From Thermoplasmata archaeon (lineage in GTDB: Archaea > Thermoplasmatota > E2 > JACPAO01 > JAHFTW01), in the NCBI GenBank assembly GCA_034667725.1, contig JAXDQS010000010.1, forward strand, positions 32,001-96,000: a stretch of DNA of 64,000 nt. Direction: 5' to 3'. Both the position numbers and the translations under genes were made by a program. Position 1 is the stretch's first letter; every line of letters begins with the position of its first letter. The notes below the pieces were generated by a model. That model saw only the letters and a list, made by a program, of their open reading frames with translations, searched no databases and was not told where the DNA came from. Below, piece after piece: positions 48,654 to 64,000 of the stretch.

Positions 48654-49886
48654 ATGCTCCGCGCCGTGGCCGTTCTCCTTGTGGCCGTCCTCGTGGCGGC
48701 CCCCGGCCTCACGGTGGCCCAGTCTGGTCCCAGCGGCGGCCCCGACCGCCAGGACCGCGACCGGGACGGCGTGCCGGACAAGTCCGACAACTGCCCCGCC
48801 ATCGCCAACCCGGAGCAGAAGGACGCCGACGGCGACGGCAAGGGCGACGCGTGCAGCTCCCAGTGCAAGGATGGCGAAGGCCAGGACGGCAGGGCGTGCC
48901 GCGCCTGCAAGCCCGAGGCCAACCGCTCGTGCGACCTGCGCGGCCCGGGCGACCGCCGCTTCGTGACGCTCACCGTGGCGCCCGACGGCATCCAGGAGAT
49001 GCGCGTCGAGGGCCTCCTGGTCCTCAAGGCCGCCCGCCTGCTCGGCGGCACCCCGGTCCAGAGCGAGGCGCACGGCAAGGAGCTGGTGCTGCGCCAGGAC
49101 GGCGGCAAGATGGTCGTCGTCGACCAGCCCGAGGGCCTGCTGCGCTACCAAGGCGAGGCGGGCCTGCGGTTGGAGCTGCCCGACGGCGCCGAGGTCCGCC
49201 GCGACGGGCCCGGCGCCGCGGTGCGCATCGACGGCCGCGTCGCCATGGTGCGCGCCGACAACCTCACGCTCGACGGCACCGCCTTGGTGGTGCGCGGCGC
49301 CGCCTCGTTCCACCTCACCCCGGCCGGCAGCGAGGCGGGCCGGCGGCCCGAGGTCGAGCGCGCCATCCAGGACCGCCGGCTGGGCGCCGAGGTCGACGTC
49401 AAGCGCGGCGCCGACGGCGTCGAGGTCGTGGCCTACGACGAGCTGGAGGTCGAGGTCGAGGGCGCCGACGGCGGCGCTTCCGCGGCCGACCCGATCCGCA
49501 TCCAGGTGAGCGCCGAATTGGCGGCGGGCCGGACGGTCGTGGTCAACATCGACCCGGCCGTGCTGGAGGGCTCCCGCCTGGCGCTGCGCTACTACGACGT
49601 CAACGGCGAGGGCGCCGGCGAGACTCTGACGGAGGTCGTGTTCCGCAAGGCCGCCAGCCTGCAGGACGTCCTGGACGCGACGGACGACGCCGGCCAGCCC
49701 GAGTACTGGGTGGTCGAGGACGAGTCCGGCCTGCACGTCATGGTCAGCGTGCCGCACTGGAGCACGCACGTGTTCACCATCGCGGGCCTGGCGGAGCCGA
49801 CGGTGTTCGTCGGCCTGCTGGTGGGCGCCGCGGGCGTGCTGGTGGCGGCGGTGGCGCTGTTCGTGCCGCGGCGCAGGACCTGGTAG
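48654..49886 (+). CDS. Secreted surface protein with a TSP3 repeat and C-terminal TM anchor
   Basis: Signal peptide; [13 protein letters not shown]...DGKGDAC; VPHWSTHVF before TM + RRR; TTATAG box upstream. Confidence 0.8.
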   Translation: MLRAVAVLLVAVLVAAPGLTVAQSGPSGGPDRQDRDRDGVPDKSDNCPAIANPEQKDADGDGKGDACSSQCKDGEGQDGRACRACKPEANRSCDLRGPGDRRFVTLTVAPDGIQEMRVEGLLVLKAARLLGGTPVQSEAHGKELVLRQDGGKMVVVDQPEGLLRYQGEAGLRLELPDGAEVRRDGPGAAVRIDGRVAMVRADNLTLDGTALVVRGAASFHLTPAGSEAGRRPEVERAIQDRRLGAEVDVKRGADGVEVVAYDELEVEVEGADGGASAADPIRIQVSAELAAGRTVVVNIDPAVLEGSRLALRYYDVNGEGAGETLTEVVFRKAASLQDVLDATDDAGQPEYWVVEDESGLHVMVSVPHWSTHVFTIAGLAEPTVFVGLLVGAAGVLVAAVALFVPRRRTW

Positions 49887-49887
49887 G

Positions 49888-50457
49888 TCAGGCGTCCGGC
49901 CCCTTCTTCTCCGGCGGCGCCAACGCCATCCACGCCTCGCTGAACCGGTCGACGGCGTCATCGACGAACGACGGCCGATACGTCACGAGGACGCCCGCGA
50001 CCCGCTCGCCGTCGACCACGAACAGGCGCTTCGTGCGCCCGGCCGACTCCTCGCGCACCAGGTTGGCCTTGCGGAGCTTGTTGAGGTGGAACGTCAGGGT
50101 GGGCCCCGACAGGCCGACGACCTCCTTCAGTTCCTTGGGAGTGGCGCCGGGGTTCAGGAGCAGGTGGGTGCAGATGTCGCGCGGCACCTTGTGGCGGACG
50201 TGGGCCAGGATGTCGCGGTCGCGCCGGTCCATGCCTTCGCCGGGGTAGAACGACTTGTAGGAGCCCTGCTCGCGCGTCAGCAGGTGACCGTGGCGCACCA
50301 GGTGGTAGCAGTGGTACTCCAGCGTGGACACCGGCATCTGGAGGGCTTCGGCCAACGCGCGCAGGTGCAGGCCCGGGCTGCCCTGGACGAAGGCGACGAT
50401 GCGCCGCCGCGCCTCCAGGTCCAGCACCGAGTCCGCGTCCGGGCCCACGGGGTTCAC
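49888..50457 (-). CDS. Tandem winged-helix (ArsR-like) transcription regulator
   Basis: RRRIVAFV..SPGLH...STLEYH..L and NPGATPKEL...LTFHLNKL. Confidence 0.85.
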   Translation of the reverse strand: MNPVGPDADSVLDLEARRRIVAFVQGSPGLHLRALAEALQMPVSTLEYHCYHLVRHGHLLTREQGSYKSFYPGEGMDRRDRDILAHVRHKVPRDICTHLLLNPGATPKELKEVVGLSGPTLTFHLNKLRKANLVREESAGRTKRLFVVDGERVAGVLVTYRPSFVDDAVDRFSEAWMALAPPEKKGPDA

Positions 50458-50744
50458 CGCTTGAGGACGGCGACGTAGAGGCAGAGGACGATGCCCAGGT
50501 TGGCCAGCGCGAGGATGGGGAACTCGCCGGCGGCGCCCTCGGCCACGTCGGCGCGCCGCTGGTAGGCCAGCCACGCCAAGTAGGCGCCCTCGGCGGCAAA
50601 GCCCGCGAACGCGGCGCTGACCCAGAGCAGGCGGCCGGCCCGCAGGCGGCGCCACGCCACCACGCCGAGGACGGCCAAGAGCAGGGCGATGCCGCCGAGC
50701 AGGATGCCTGCGGCCACGGCGAGGTCGGCGGTCCAGTCGGCCAT
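50454..50744 (-). CDS. Small 3-TM membrane protein coupled to the wHTH regulator
   Basis: AWRRLRAGRLLWVSAAF motif; GTGA overlap. Confidence 0.7.
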   Translation of the reverse strand: MADWTADLAVAAGILLGGIALLLAVLGVVAWRRLRAGRLLWVSAAFAGFAAEGAYLAWLAYQRRADVAEGAAGEFPILALANLGIVLCLYVAVLKR

Positions 50745-50767
50745 GGCGGGCGAGCCGGCCGCCGCGT

Positions 50768-51229
50768 CTAAACCGATTCGCCTTGGCCGCGCCGGGCCGA
50801 CAGCTCGGCCTGCAGCTTTTGGGCCAGGCGGCGGACGGCGTCGCCGGTGGCGGGCGGCAGCAGGAAACGCTCCGTGTTGGGGCAGTAGTCGGCGTCCAGC
50901 TCGGCGGCCCGCAAGGCGTCGTCCCAGACGGCGGGATAGAGCCGGCAGCCCTCGGGCCGGTCGGCGAACACGGTGCAGGCCCCGTCGGCGCCGAGGAACC
51001 AGCACGGCTTGCCGGCGCCGCCCGCGGCGGGCGGGCCTGACCGCGTCCGCAGCTGGAGATAGCCGTCGTCGGCCTGGAACCAGAAGTCCTCGCCGGGCCG
51101 GACGGCCTGAAGGCGGGCCAGGTCGGCGTCGGTCAGGATCATCTCGATGTCGTGGCAGCAGGCGCTGCACCCCAGGTCCCGGCACGGGTTCCCCTTGGCG
51201 GGGATGCTGGGCAGGACCGGGAGGCTCAT
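50768..51229 (-). CDS. YkgJ-family (CxxCxxCC) cysteine-cluster protein
   Basis: CRDLGCSACC...CWFL...CTVF.DRPEGCRLYP. Confidence 0.85.
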   Translation of the reverse strand: MSLPVLPSIPAKGNPCRDLGCSACCHDIEMILTDADLARLQAVRPGEDFWFQADDGYLQLRTRSGPPAAGGAGKPCWFLGADGACTVFADRPEGCRLYPAVWDDALRAAELDADYCPNTERFLLPPATGDAVRRLAQKLQAELSARRGQGESV

Positions 51230-51717
51230 GGCTTGCCTGGCGCGAGGGTGATGCCGCGCTGGCCCTGGTAGTTGCCGGAGCGCTCGGCGTAGGGCTTGAC
51301 AGGCTCGGAGGCAAGGCCCTCGAGCACGAGCTGGCAGAAGCGGTCGCCGATGGAGACCTCCAGCGCCTGGTCGCTGGCGTTGAAGGCGCCCAGCGTAAGG
51401 TTGCCCTCGAAGCCGGCGTCCACCTTGCCGAAGGAGGCCAGGACACCGCGCCGGGCGTAGCTGGAGCGCAGCCACAGCGAGCCGGCGGCGTCGACGGGCA
51501 GCCGCACGACGGCGGCGGTGCCGACGACGAAGCGCGACATGGCTGGCACCGGGACGCGGCCGGCGCTGAAGGGCGACGCGGCCAACGCCGGCACCAGGAT
51601 GGAGCCGATGCGCAGGTCGAGCCCGTTGGGGGTCAAGTCCTCGGGGTGCCAGGGGACGGTGGCGAACCGGCCGTCCGCTTGGGCGGCCAGGATGTCGCGG
51701 TCGCTCCAGACGGCCAT
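51226..51717 (-). CDS. dcd: dCTP deaminase / dUTPase family
   Basis: SDRDIL, PNGLDLR, RSSYARRG, VDAGFEGNLT and YQGQRG motifs. Confidence 0.9.
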   Translation of the reverse strand: MAVWSDRDILAAQADGRFATVPWHPEDLTPNGLDLRIGSILVPALAASPFSAGRVPVPAMSRFVVGTAAVVRLPVDAAGSLWLRSSYARRGVLASFGKVDAGFEGNLTLGAFNASDQALEVSIGDRFCQLVLEGLASEPVKPYAERSGNYQGQRGITLAPGKP

Positions 51718-51809
51718 GCCTGCTCGACTGGGGAGGGGGATTTCAAGGTGGCTGAGGGAGCCAGACGGAAAAACGAAGGGAAGAGGGGGGAAGGGAACTG
51801 CTACTACGC

Positions 51810-52613
51810 TTAGTTCGCGGTGTAGGCCGGGACCGGGCCGCCGCAGGCCGTCAGGCTCGCGTCGGTGGTGGGGTCGCCGGCGGTGGTGCCACCGTTGTAG
51901 GTAGCGGCCGTGTAGGTGCCGAAGGTGTTCGGGGTGACGTCCTGGGAGGGGAAGCCCGAGACGTGGCCGCTGAACATCGTGTAGTAGTACTGCTCGTCGT
52001 AGACGAACGCCGTGCCGGTGCTGCCGCAGTCGTTCAGGAACTTGACGTCGCCAGCGGGGGTGCCGTTGGGGAGCGGGAAGATGCTGACGGGGCCCTGCAT
52101 CGTGATCTGGGTCCACTTGCGGGCAACGGTGGCGATGGTCGGCTGGGTGTCCGTGGCCGTGGTCTTGCACGCGCCGCCGTTGTACGCGCTGAAGGCGCCG
52201 TTCGAGCGGGAGGCGGTGGCGGAGCAGGGGTTGCCGGTGAAGCCGGGGTTCATGCTGCACAGGCCGCCGAAGCCCGCGTGGCCGGGGCCCGTCAGGACAT
52301 CGGTGTTCTGCTCGCAGACCGTGAAGCCGAAGATGCCGTCGCCGGCGTCCCAGGCGGGGGCGTCGGTGCAGAGGCCGTCGATGATGCCGTCAAGCAGGGG
52401 GTCGATGCCGTACAGGTTGCGGATGACCGGACACAGGAGGCCGGAGTTGGTCAAGGGGTCCTGGTCGGGGAAGCTCACGCCGACGCGCGAGGTCCAGGCG
52501 TGCGGGTTGTTGATGTCCAGGGTGCCGGTGCCGACGATGTGGTAGGCGTTGGTCGGGACGGCCATGGCCACGAAGACCAGGGCGATGCCGCCAGCGATCA
52601 TTTTGCTGTTCAT
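51810..52613 (-). CDS. Secreted hypothetical protein
   Basis: Signal peptide; GGTGA SD; strongly biased codons; paired Cys. Confidence 0.8.
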   Translation of the reverse strand: MNSKMIAGGIALVFVAMAVPTNAYHIVGTGTLDINNPHAWTSRVGVSFPDQDPLTNSGLLCPVIRNLYGIDPLLDGIIDGLCTDAPAWDAGDGIFGFTVCEQNTDVLTGPGHAGFGGLCSMNPGFTGNPCSATASRSNGAFSAYNGGACKTTATDTQPTIATVARKWTQITMQGPVSIFPLPNGTPAGDVKFLNDCGSTGTAFVYDEQYYYTMFSGHVSGFPSQDVTPNTFGTYTAATYNGGTTAGDPTTDASLTACGGPVPAYTAN

Positions 52614-52831
52614 TGTGTTCACCAAGTTGCCCGGCCGCCAACGGAGTCCGCCGGCGGCCAAGCTGGGCCGGACGAAACCCGGCTCCGGTTGAAGCCTTGC
52701 GGCCCATCTGGGAACGCCGTGTAGCCGAAATGGAGCCACGTTGGGCGGCGGCCGGCACGGCCCCCAGCCTTGCCTTCGGGCCCCCCGGCATTCCAGGGCC
52801 GCACGGGCCATGAGGACGGGCATCGCCAACC

Positions 52832-53350
52832 CTAGGCCAGCGTGAGCTGGAGCGTGACGGTGAGGGTGTCCCAGGTGCTGCCGGGCACCAGGGAGCAGGC
52901 CTTCAGGACGTACAGGTCCAGCCTGGGGTAGGCCAGGAGGCGTGGCGGGTCGATGCTGCCGGCGGGCGGGGCGCACTCGACGGCGACGGAGGTCCAGGTG
53001 GCGTCGCCGTCCGAGACGGTGACCTCGGTGGGCATGCCCCTGCCATGGCCGAAGCCGCCGGCCAGGATGACGGGGCCTTCCATCGCGGCGCTGGTGGCGC
53101 CGACGAGGCATTGGTTCAGGATGACCATGTTCAGGACCGGGTACACCACAGCGGCCGGGCGGCTGCCGGTGCCCTCGATGGGGTAGCAGACCTGCTCGCC
53201 TTGCGACGTCCACACGGTCTGGACCGCGGTCTGGACCGTCAACGCGACATCCTCCCAGTAGGAGCTTCCGTAGGTGGCAGCGGCGGGGGCCGGGCCGCAG
53301 GCAACAAGGACGAGGCCCGCGGTGACCCAGGCCAAGGTTCGGACGGTCAT
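52832..53350 (-). CDS. Secreted hypothetical protein / lipoprotein
   Basis: Hydrophobic N-terminus ending LVAC; four further Cys. Confidence 0.6.
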   Translation of the reverse strand: MTVRTLAWVTAGLVLVACGPAPAAATYGSSYWEDVALTVQTAVQTVWTSQGEQVCYPIEGTGSRPAAVVYPVLNMVILNQCLVGATSAAMEGPVILAGGFGHGRGMPTEVTVSDGDATWTSVAVECAPPAGSIDPPRLLAYPRLDLYVLKACSLVPGSTWDTLTVTLQLTLA

Positions 53351-53420
53351 GGACAGCCATGCCAGGTTGCAGGGCCTACGCAACCTGACGCCACGTTTCC
53401 CGATTGCCGAACCGCGTGCG

Positions 53421-53918
53421 CTACTTCGCCGGCGGCGGCGCCATGGCCGCGACCTCTTGCCGCAGCAGGATCCGGTAGTCCTTGAAGCCCAGCTTGCGGT
53501 AGATCGCCTGGGCCTCCTTGTTGTTCTCGAACAACTGGACGTCGATGGCGGTGATGCCCTCGGCCTTGCACCACTTCTGCAACTCGTCCATGAACTGGCG
53601 CAGGATGCCCTTGCCGCGGTGGCTGTCCGTCACGAACGCGTCCGACAGGTAGCCGACCTTGGTGTGGTGGTAGATGGGCGGGCGGCGCTGCTTGGTCGCG
53701 ATCAGATAGCCCACCAGCTTGCCCTCGTCCTCGGCCACGATGGTCAAGGTGTCCTTGCGCGACAGCAGCCCCGTGGCGTACGCGAAGAAGTAGTCGGCGG
53801 CGTCCTCGTTGAGGATCTTCGAGTGGGTCAAGCCCTCCCGCATGCGCGCGAACTCCGCCCACAGCTTGCACAGCCCGTCCACGTCGTCGTCGCCCAGCTT
53901 CCGGATTCTGGCCACCAT
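53421..53918 (-). CDS. GNAT family N-acetyltransferase
   Basis: FVTDSHRGKGI and NKEAQAIYRKLGF motifs. Confidence 0.9.
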   Translation of the reverse strand: MVARIRKLGDDDVDGLCKLWAEFARMREGLTHSKILNEDAADYFFAYATGLLSRKDTLTIVAEDEGKLVGYLIATKQRRPPIYHHTKVGYLSDAFVTDSHRGKGILRQFMDELQKWCKAEGITAIDVQLFENNKEAQAIYRKLGFKDYRILLRQEVAAMAPPPAK

Positions 53919-54024
53919 GGCTGCCGCCGCGCGGGCCACCGCATGACGGTCTTCAAGGCATCGCATCCCGTCTTTCATGCAGAAAAGGCCCACCCAGCAA
54001 TCCTCAAGTACCGGGCCCGGCACC

Positions 54025-54282
54025 ATGGCCCCCATGGAAGAGCAGCTCGCCCGCGTGGAGATCCTGCGCAACAAGAACGGCACCTTCGCGGCCGTCATCT
54101 GGACCGAGACCGAGGGCGACAAGGAGCTCACCTCCAAGACGCTGGAGGCCCTGTTCCGCGAGCTCACCATGGACCTGGAGTTCGCCGTCGGCGAGCACCA
54201 GCGCGAGGGCCGCGGCGTCGAGTTCAGCGCCGAGGAAGAGTTCGAGAACCTGCAGTACGCGCAGGAATGGGAACAGCAGTAG
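54025..54282 (+). CDS. Small acidic hypothetical protein
   Basis: Host-like codon usage; divergent from the GNAT gene. Confidence 0.7.
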   Translation: MAPMEEQLARVEILRNKNGTFAAVIWTETEGDKELTSKTLEALFRELTMDLEFAVGEHQREGRGVEFSAEEEFENLQYAQEWEQQ

Positions 54283-54554
54283 GACGCGCTGCGCGCGCCT
54301 CCTGGCTTGTCCACCCTGGCGCGCGCCTGCAACTTCCGCTCGCTGCGCTCGCTGGCCGCCCGTCCCTGCGGGCCGGGCGTCCAAACCTGCAGTACCCGCA
54401 GCGGATGGCCTGGTGGCATCCGACGGAGCAAGGGTCCTTCGGGCCCCGTACCCCTCGACGACGAGGGGGCCGCTCCTCGCGCCGGCGCGCCGCTTCGCGC
54501 GCGGGCCGGCACGCTCGTCCTGTGCGCTCACGCGCATGGCGGCCCCCGGCCCTG

Positions 54555-54899
54555 CTAGGATGGCCTGAACCTGAGCGCGCTCCAGACCTCGTCGATGGCG
54601 ATGTTGCGCACGGCCTGGATGCCGTCGGCCAAGAGCGCGTCGTGGACGACGTCGCGGTTGAGGTCGGTGCCCAGTTGGCCGGCCTTGGGGTAGGCGACCC
54701 AGGCCAGGTCGTCGCGGGTCGCCGCCGCCACCACGGGCCCTTTGTGTTTCTGCAGTTCCGCCATGTCTTGGACGAACAGCAGCACCGCGTCGCCGGGCTT
54801 CGGCGCCTTGGTGGCGGGGGCGTCGAGCGTGAAGCCCTTGGGCGCGTTCAGCACCGCGACCTTCTGCGCCTTGAGGTTCAGCTTCTGGGCCAGCAGCAT
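54555..54899 (-). CDS. DUF3052-like protein
   Basis: LAQKL...WVAYPK...TDLNRD...IDEVWSALRFR. Confidence 0.8.
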   Translation of the reverse strand: MLLAQKLNLKAQKVAVLNAPKGFTLDAPATKAPKPGDAVLLFVQDMAELQKHKGPVVAAATRDDLAWVAYPKAGQLGTDLNRDVVHDALLADGIQAVRNIAIDEVWSALRFRPS

Positions 54900-54964
54900 C
54901 GCCCCGCGCAACCCGCCGGCGCATATGAGCAAAGTCCAAGACCTCTCCCGCAAGGCCAGGGGCC

Positions 54965-55495
54965 GTGGCTGGGCTGCCCATCGCCAACAACGAGGACCTG
55001 GCGACCTGCCGGGCCTGCGGCGGGCAGTGCTGCAAGACGCTCCCGGGCGCCTACCTGCCGGACCAGCTCACCGACGACCAGCTCGCGGACGGCCTGCGCG
55101 CCGGCCGCCTGGTGCTGGCTTGGTGGGACGGCGACCCGCGGCCGGGGAAGCACTGCTTCGACGTGGATTGCGATGGCGGCTGCCCGCGTTGCCAGGACCC
55201 GGAGCGGCTGCGGCGGGCCTACTACGTGCGCCCCCGCAACGCCAACAGCAAGCCTGGTCCCTTCGACCCGACTGCCCAAGGCGTGTGCACGCTGCTGGGT
55301 CCCATGGGCTGCACGCTGCCGTTCGCGGCCCGGCCGGCGGGCTGCCAGAACCTGCTCGTGAACCGGGCCAGCCCGGGGGATTGCCACGACTACGCGGTGC
55401 CGGCCAAGTCGTTCAAGCACCACGCGGCGCTCGCGTGGGTGCCCCATCAGGAGAAGCTGCTGCGGCTGGCGAACAAGGCCGCGCCGGCGTGCTAG
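54965..55495 (+). CDS. YkgJ-like cysteine-cluster protein
   Basis: CRACGGQCCK...CTLL...GCTLPFAARPAGC. Confidence 0.75.
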   Translation: MAGLPIANNEDLATCRACGGQCCKTLPGAYLPDQLTDDQLADGLRAGRLVLAWWDGDPRPGKHCFDVDCDGGCPRCQDPERLRRAYYVRPRNANSKPGPFDPTAQGVCTLLGPMGCTLPFAARPAGCQNLLVNRASPGDCHDYAVPAKSFKHHAALAWVPHQEKLLRLANKAAPAC

Positions 55496-55890
55496 CGAAT
55501 CCGGCCGAAGCGCCCCGCCTCGGTCTCCATGTCGTTGAGGATCTTGCGGATGGAGTCGGTGCGTGCCGGCTTGGGCAGGAACGCGAACGCCCCCGAGCTG
55601 ACGCCGTCGACCACCTTGGGGTCGTTGGCCGGGAGGCCGGTCACCAGGATGATGCGGGCGTTGGGCTGGATCTCCAGCATCTGGCGCAGCACGTCCAGGC
55701 CGCTCTCGCCGGAGCCGAGCATGATGTCCAGGAAGACCGCGTCCGGCTTCTTCTCGCGGAACGAGGTCAGGGCGCTCTTGGCGTCGGTCGCCTCGACGAT
55801 GTCGGTCGCGCCGCGCGCCGCCTGCCGGATCGCGGCCGCCAGCCCCAAACGGATGGTGGGGGAGTCGTCCACAAGCAGGTACCTGGCCAC
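55492..55890 (-). CDS. Single-domain response regulator
   Basis: LLVDDS, VFLDIML, LVTG and PKP motifs. Confidence 0.9.
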   Translation of the reverse strand: MARYLLVDDSPTIRLGLAAAIRQAARGATDIVEATDAKSALTSFREKKPDAVFLDIMLGSGESGLDVLRQMLEIQPNARIILVTGLPANDPKVVDGVSSGAFAFLPKPARTDSIRKILNDMETEAGRFGRIR

Positions 55891-55954
55891 GCGATCCGGA
55901 ACCCCTGGATGCTGAAAGGGTTGCGGGCCTCGTCCAAGCCCGCGTCTTGAGGAC

Positions 55955-59068
<3,114 letters not shown>

Positions 59069-59120
59069 CCCAAGGTATAGATGCTTTGCGGGCCGTCTGC
59101 CAAATAGGCTGACCCTTCGA

Positions 59121-63778
<4,658 letters not shown>

Positions 63779-63782
<4 letters not shown>

Positions 63783-64000
63783 TCGACGAAGCCACCCTCC
63801 GCCAGCTCATCGACGACATGGGCGGCGACATGGAGGTGGTGCGCGAATTGATGCAGAGCTTCCTGGAGGAGGCCCCCAAGCTCATCGCGGAAGGCCGCCA
63901 AGCGGCCGGCGCCAACGACGCGCCCACGCTCCAGCGCGCGCTGCACACCCTCAAGTCCACCGCTGCCACCTTCGGCGCGTTGCAGCTCTCCACCGCCTCA
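63779..64000 (+). CDS. HPt (histidine phosphotransfer) protein, truncated by the window end
   Basis: ATGA overlap with the kinase; MIDEATLRQL...ALHTLKSTAATFGA HPt motif. Not in the ORF track because it has no stop in the window. Confidence 0.88.

Overview
High-GC archaeal chromosome segment. Thermosome, the aIF-1A-Rio1-KH cluster, AglB with C-terminal beta-sandwich domains, presenilin, DRG GTPase, TrmB and TATA-led, often GTG-start genes mark it as archaeal. Thermoplasmatota is likely but inferred from gene content only. The backbone carries several bacterial-type enzymes and signalling genes: SpeA, arginase, two BarA/RpfC-like hybrid kinases and an HPt protein. It also has many secreted thrombospondin-type-3 (TSP3)/PKD proteins. 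Two accessory regions stand out. (1) Positions 1-4905 look like the right end of an element integrated at a tRNA-Pro: a 3'-half tRNA lies at 4867-4905. (2) About 37941-48497 is a ~10.5 kb island bounded by an exact 20-bp direct repeat. Its left arm holds six secreted/lipoprotein genes, including a membrane-anchored wHTH regulator, with a 30-bp motif repeated three times at promoters. Its right arm is a translationally coupled operon. In order: a C2H2 zinc finger; an ~790-bp array of five palindromic 16-bp nodes separating four cassettes, each closed by its own inverted repeat and filled with a different tetranucleotide repeat; a small ORF; a second C2H2 finger; a SWIM-DDE transposase; and a catalytically deleted paralogue of it. 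This array plus transposase pair is the best candidate for an undescribed system. All calls come from reading the sequence and ORF translations by eye; no searches were run.
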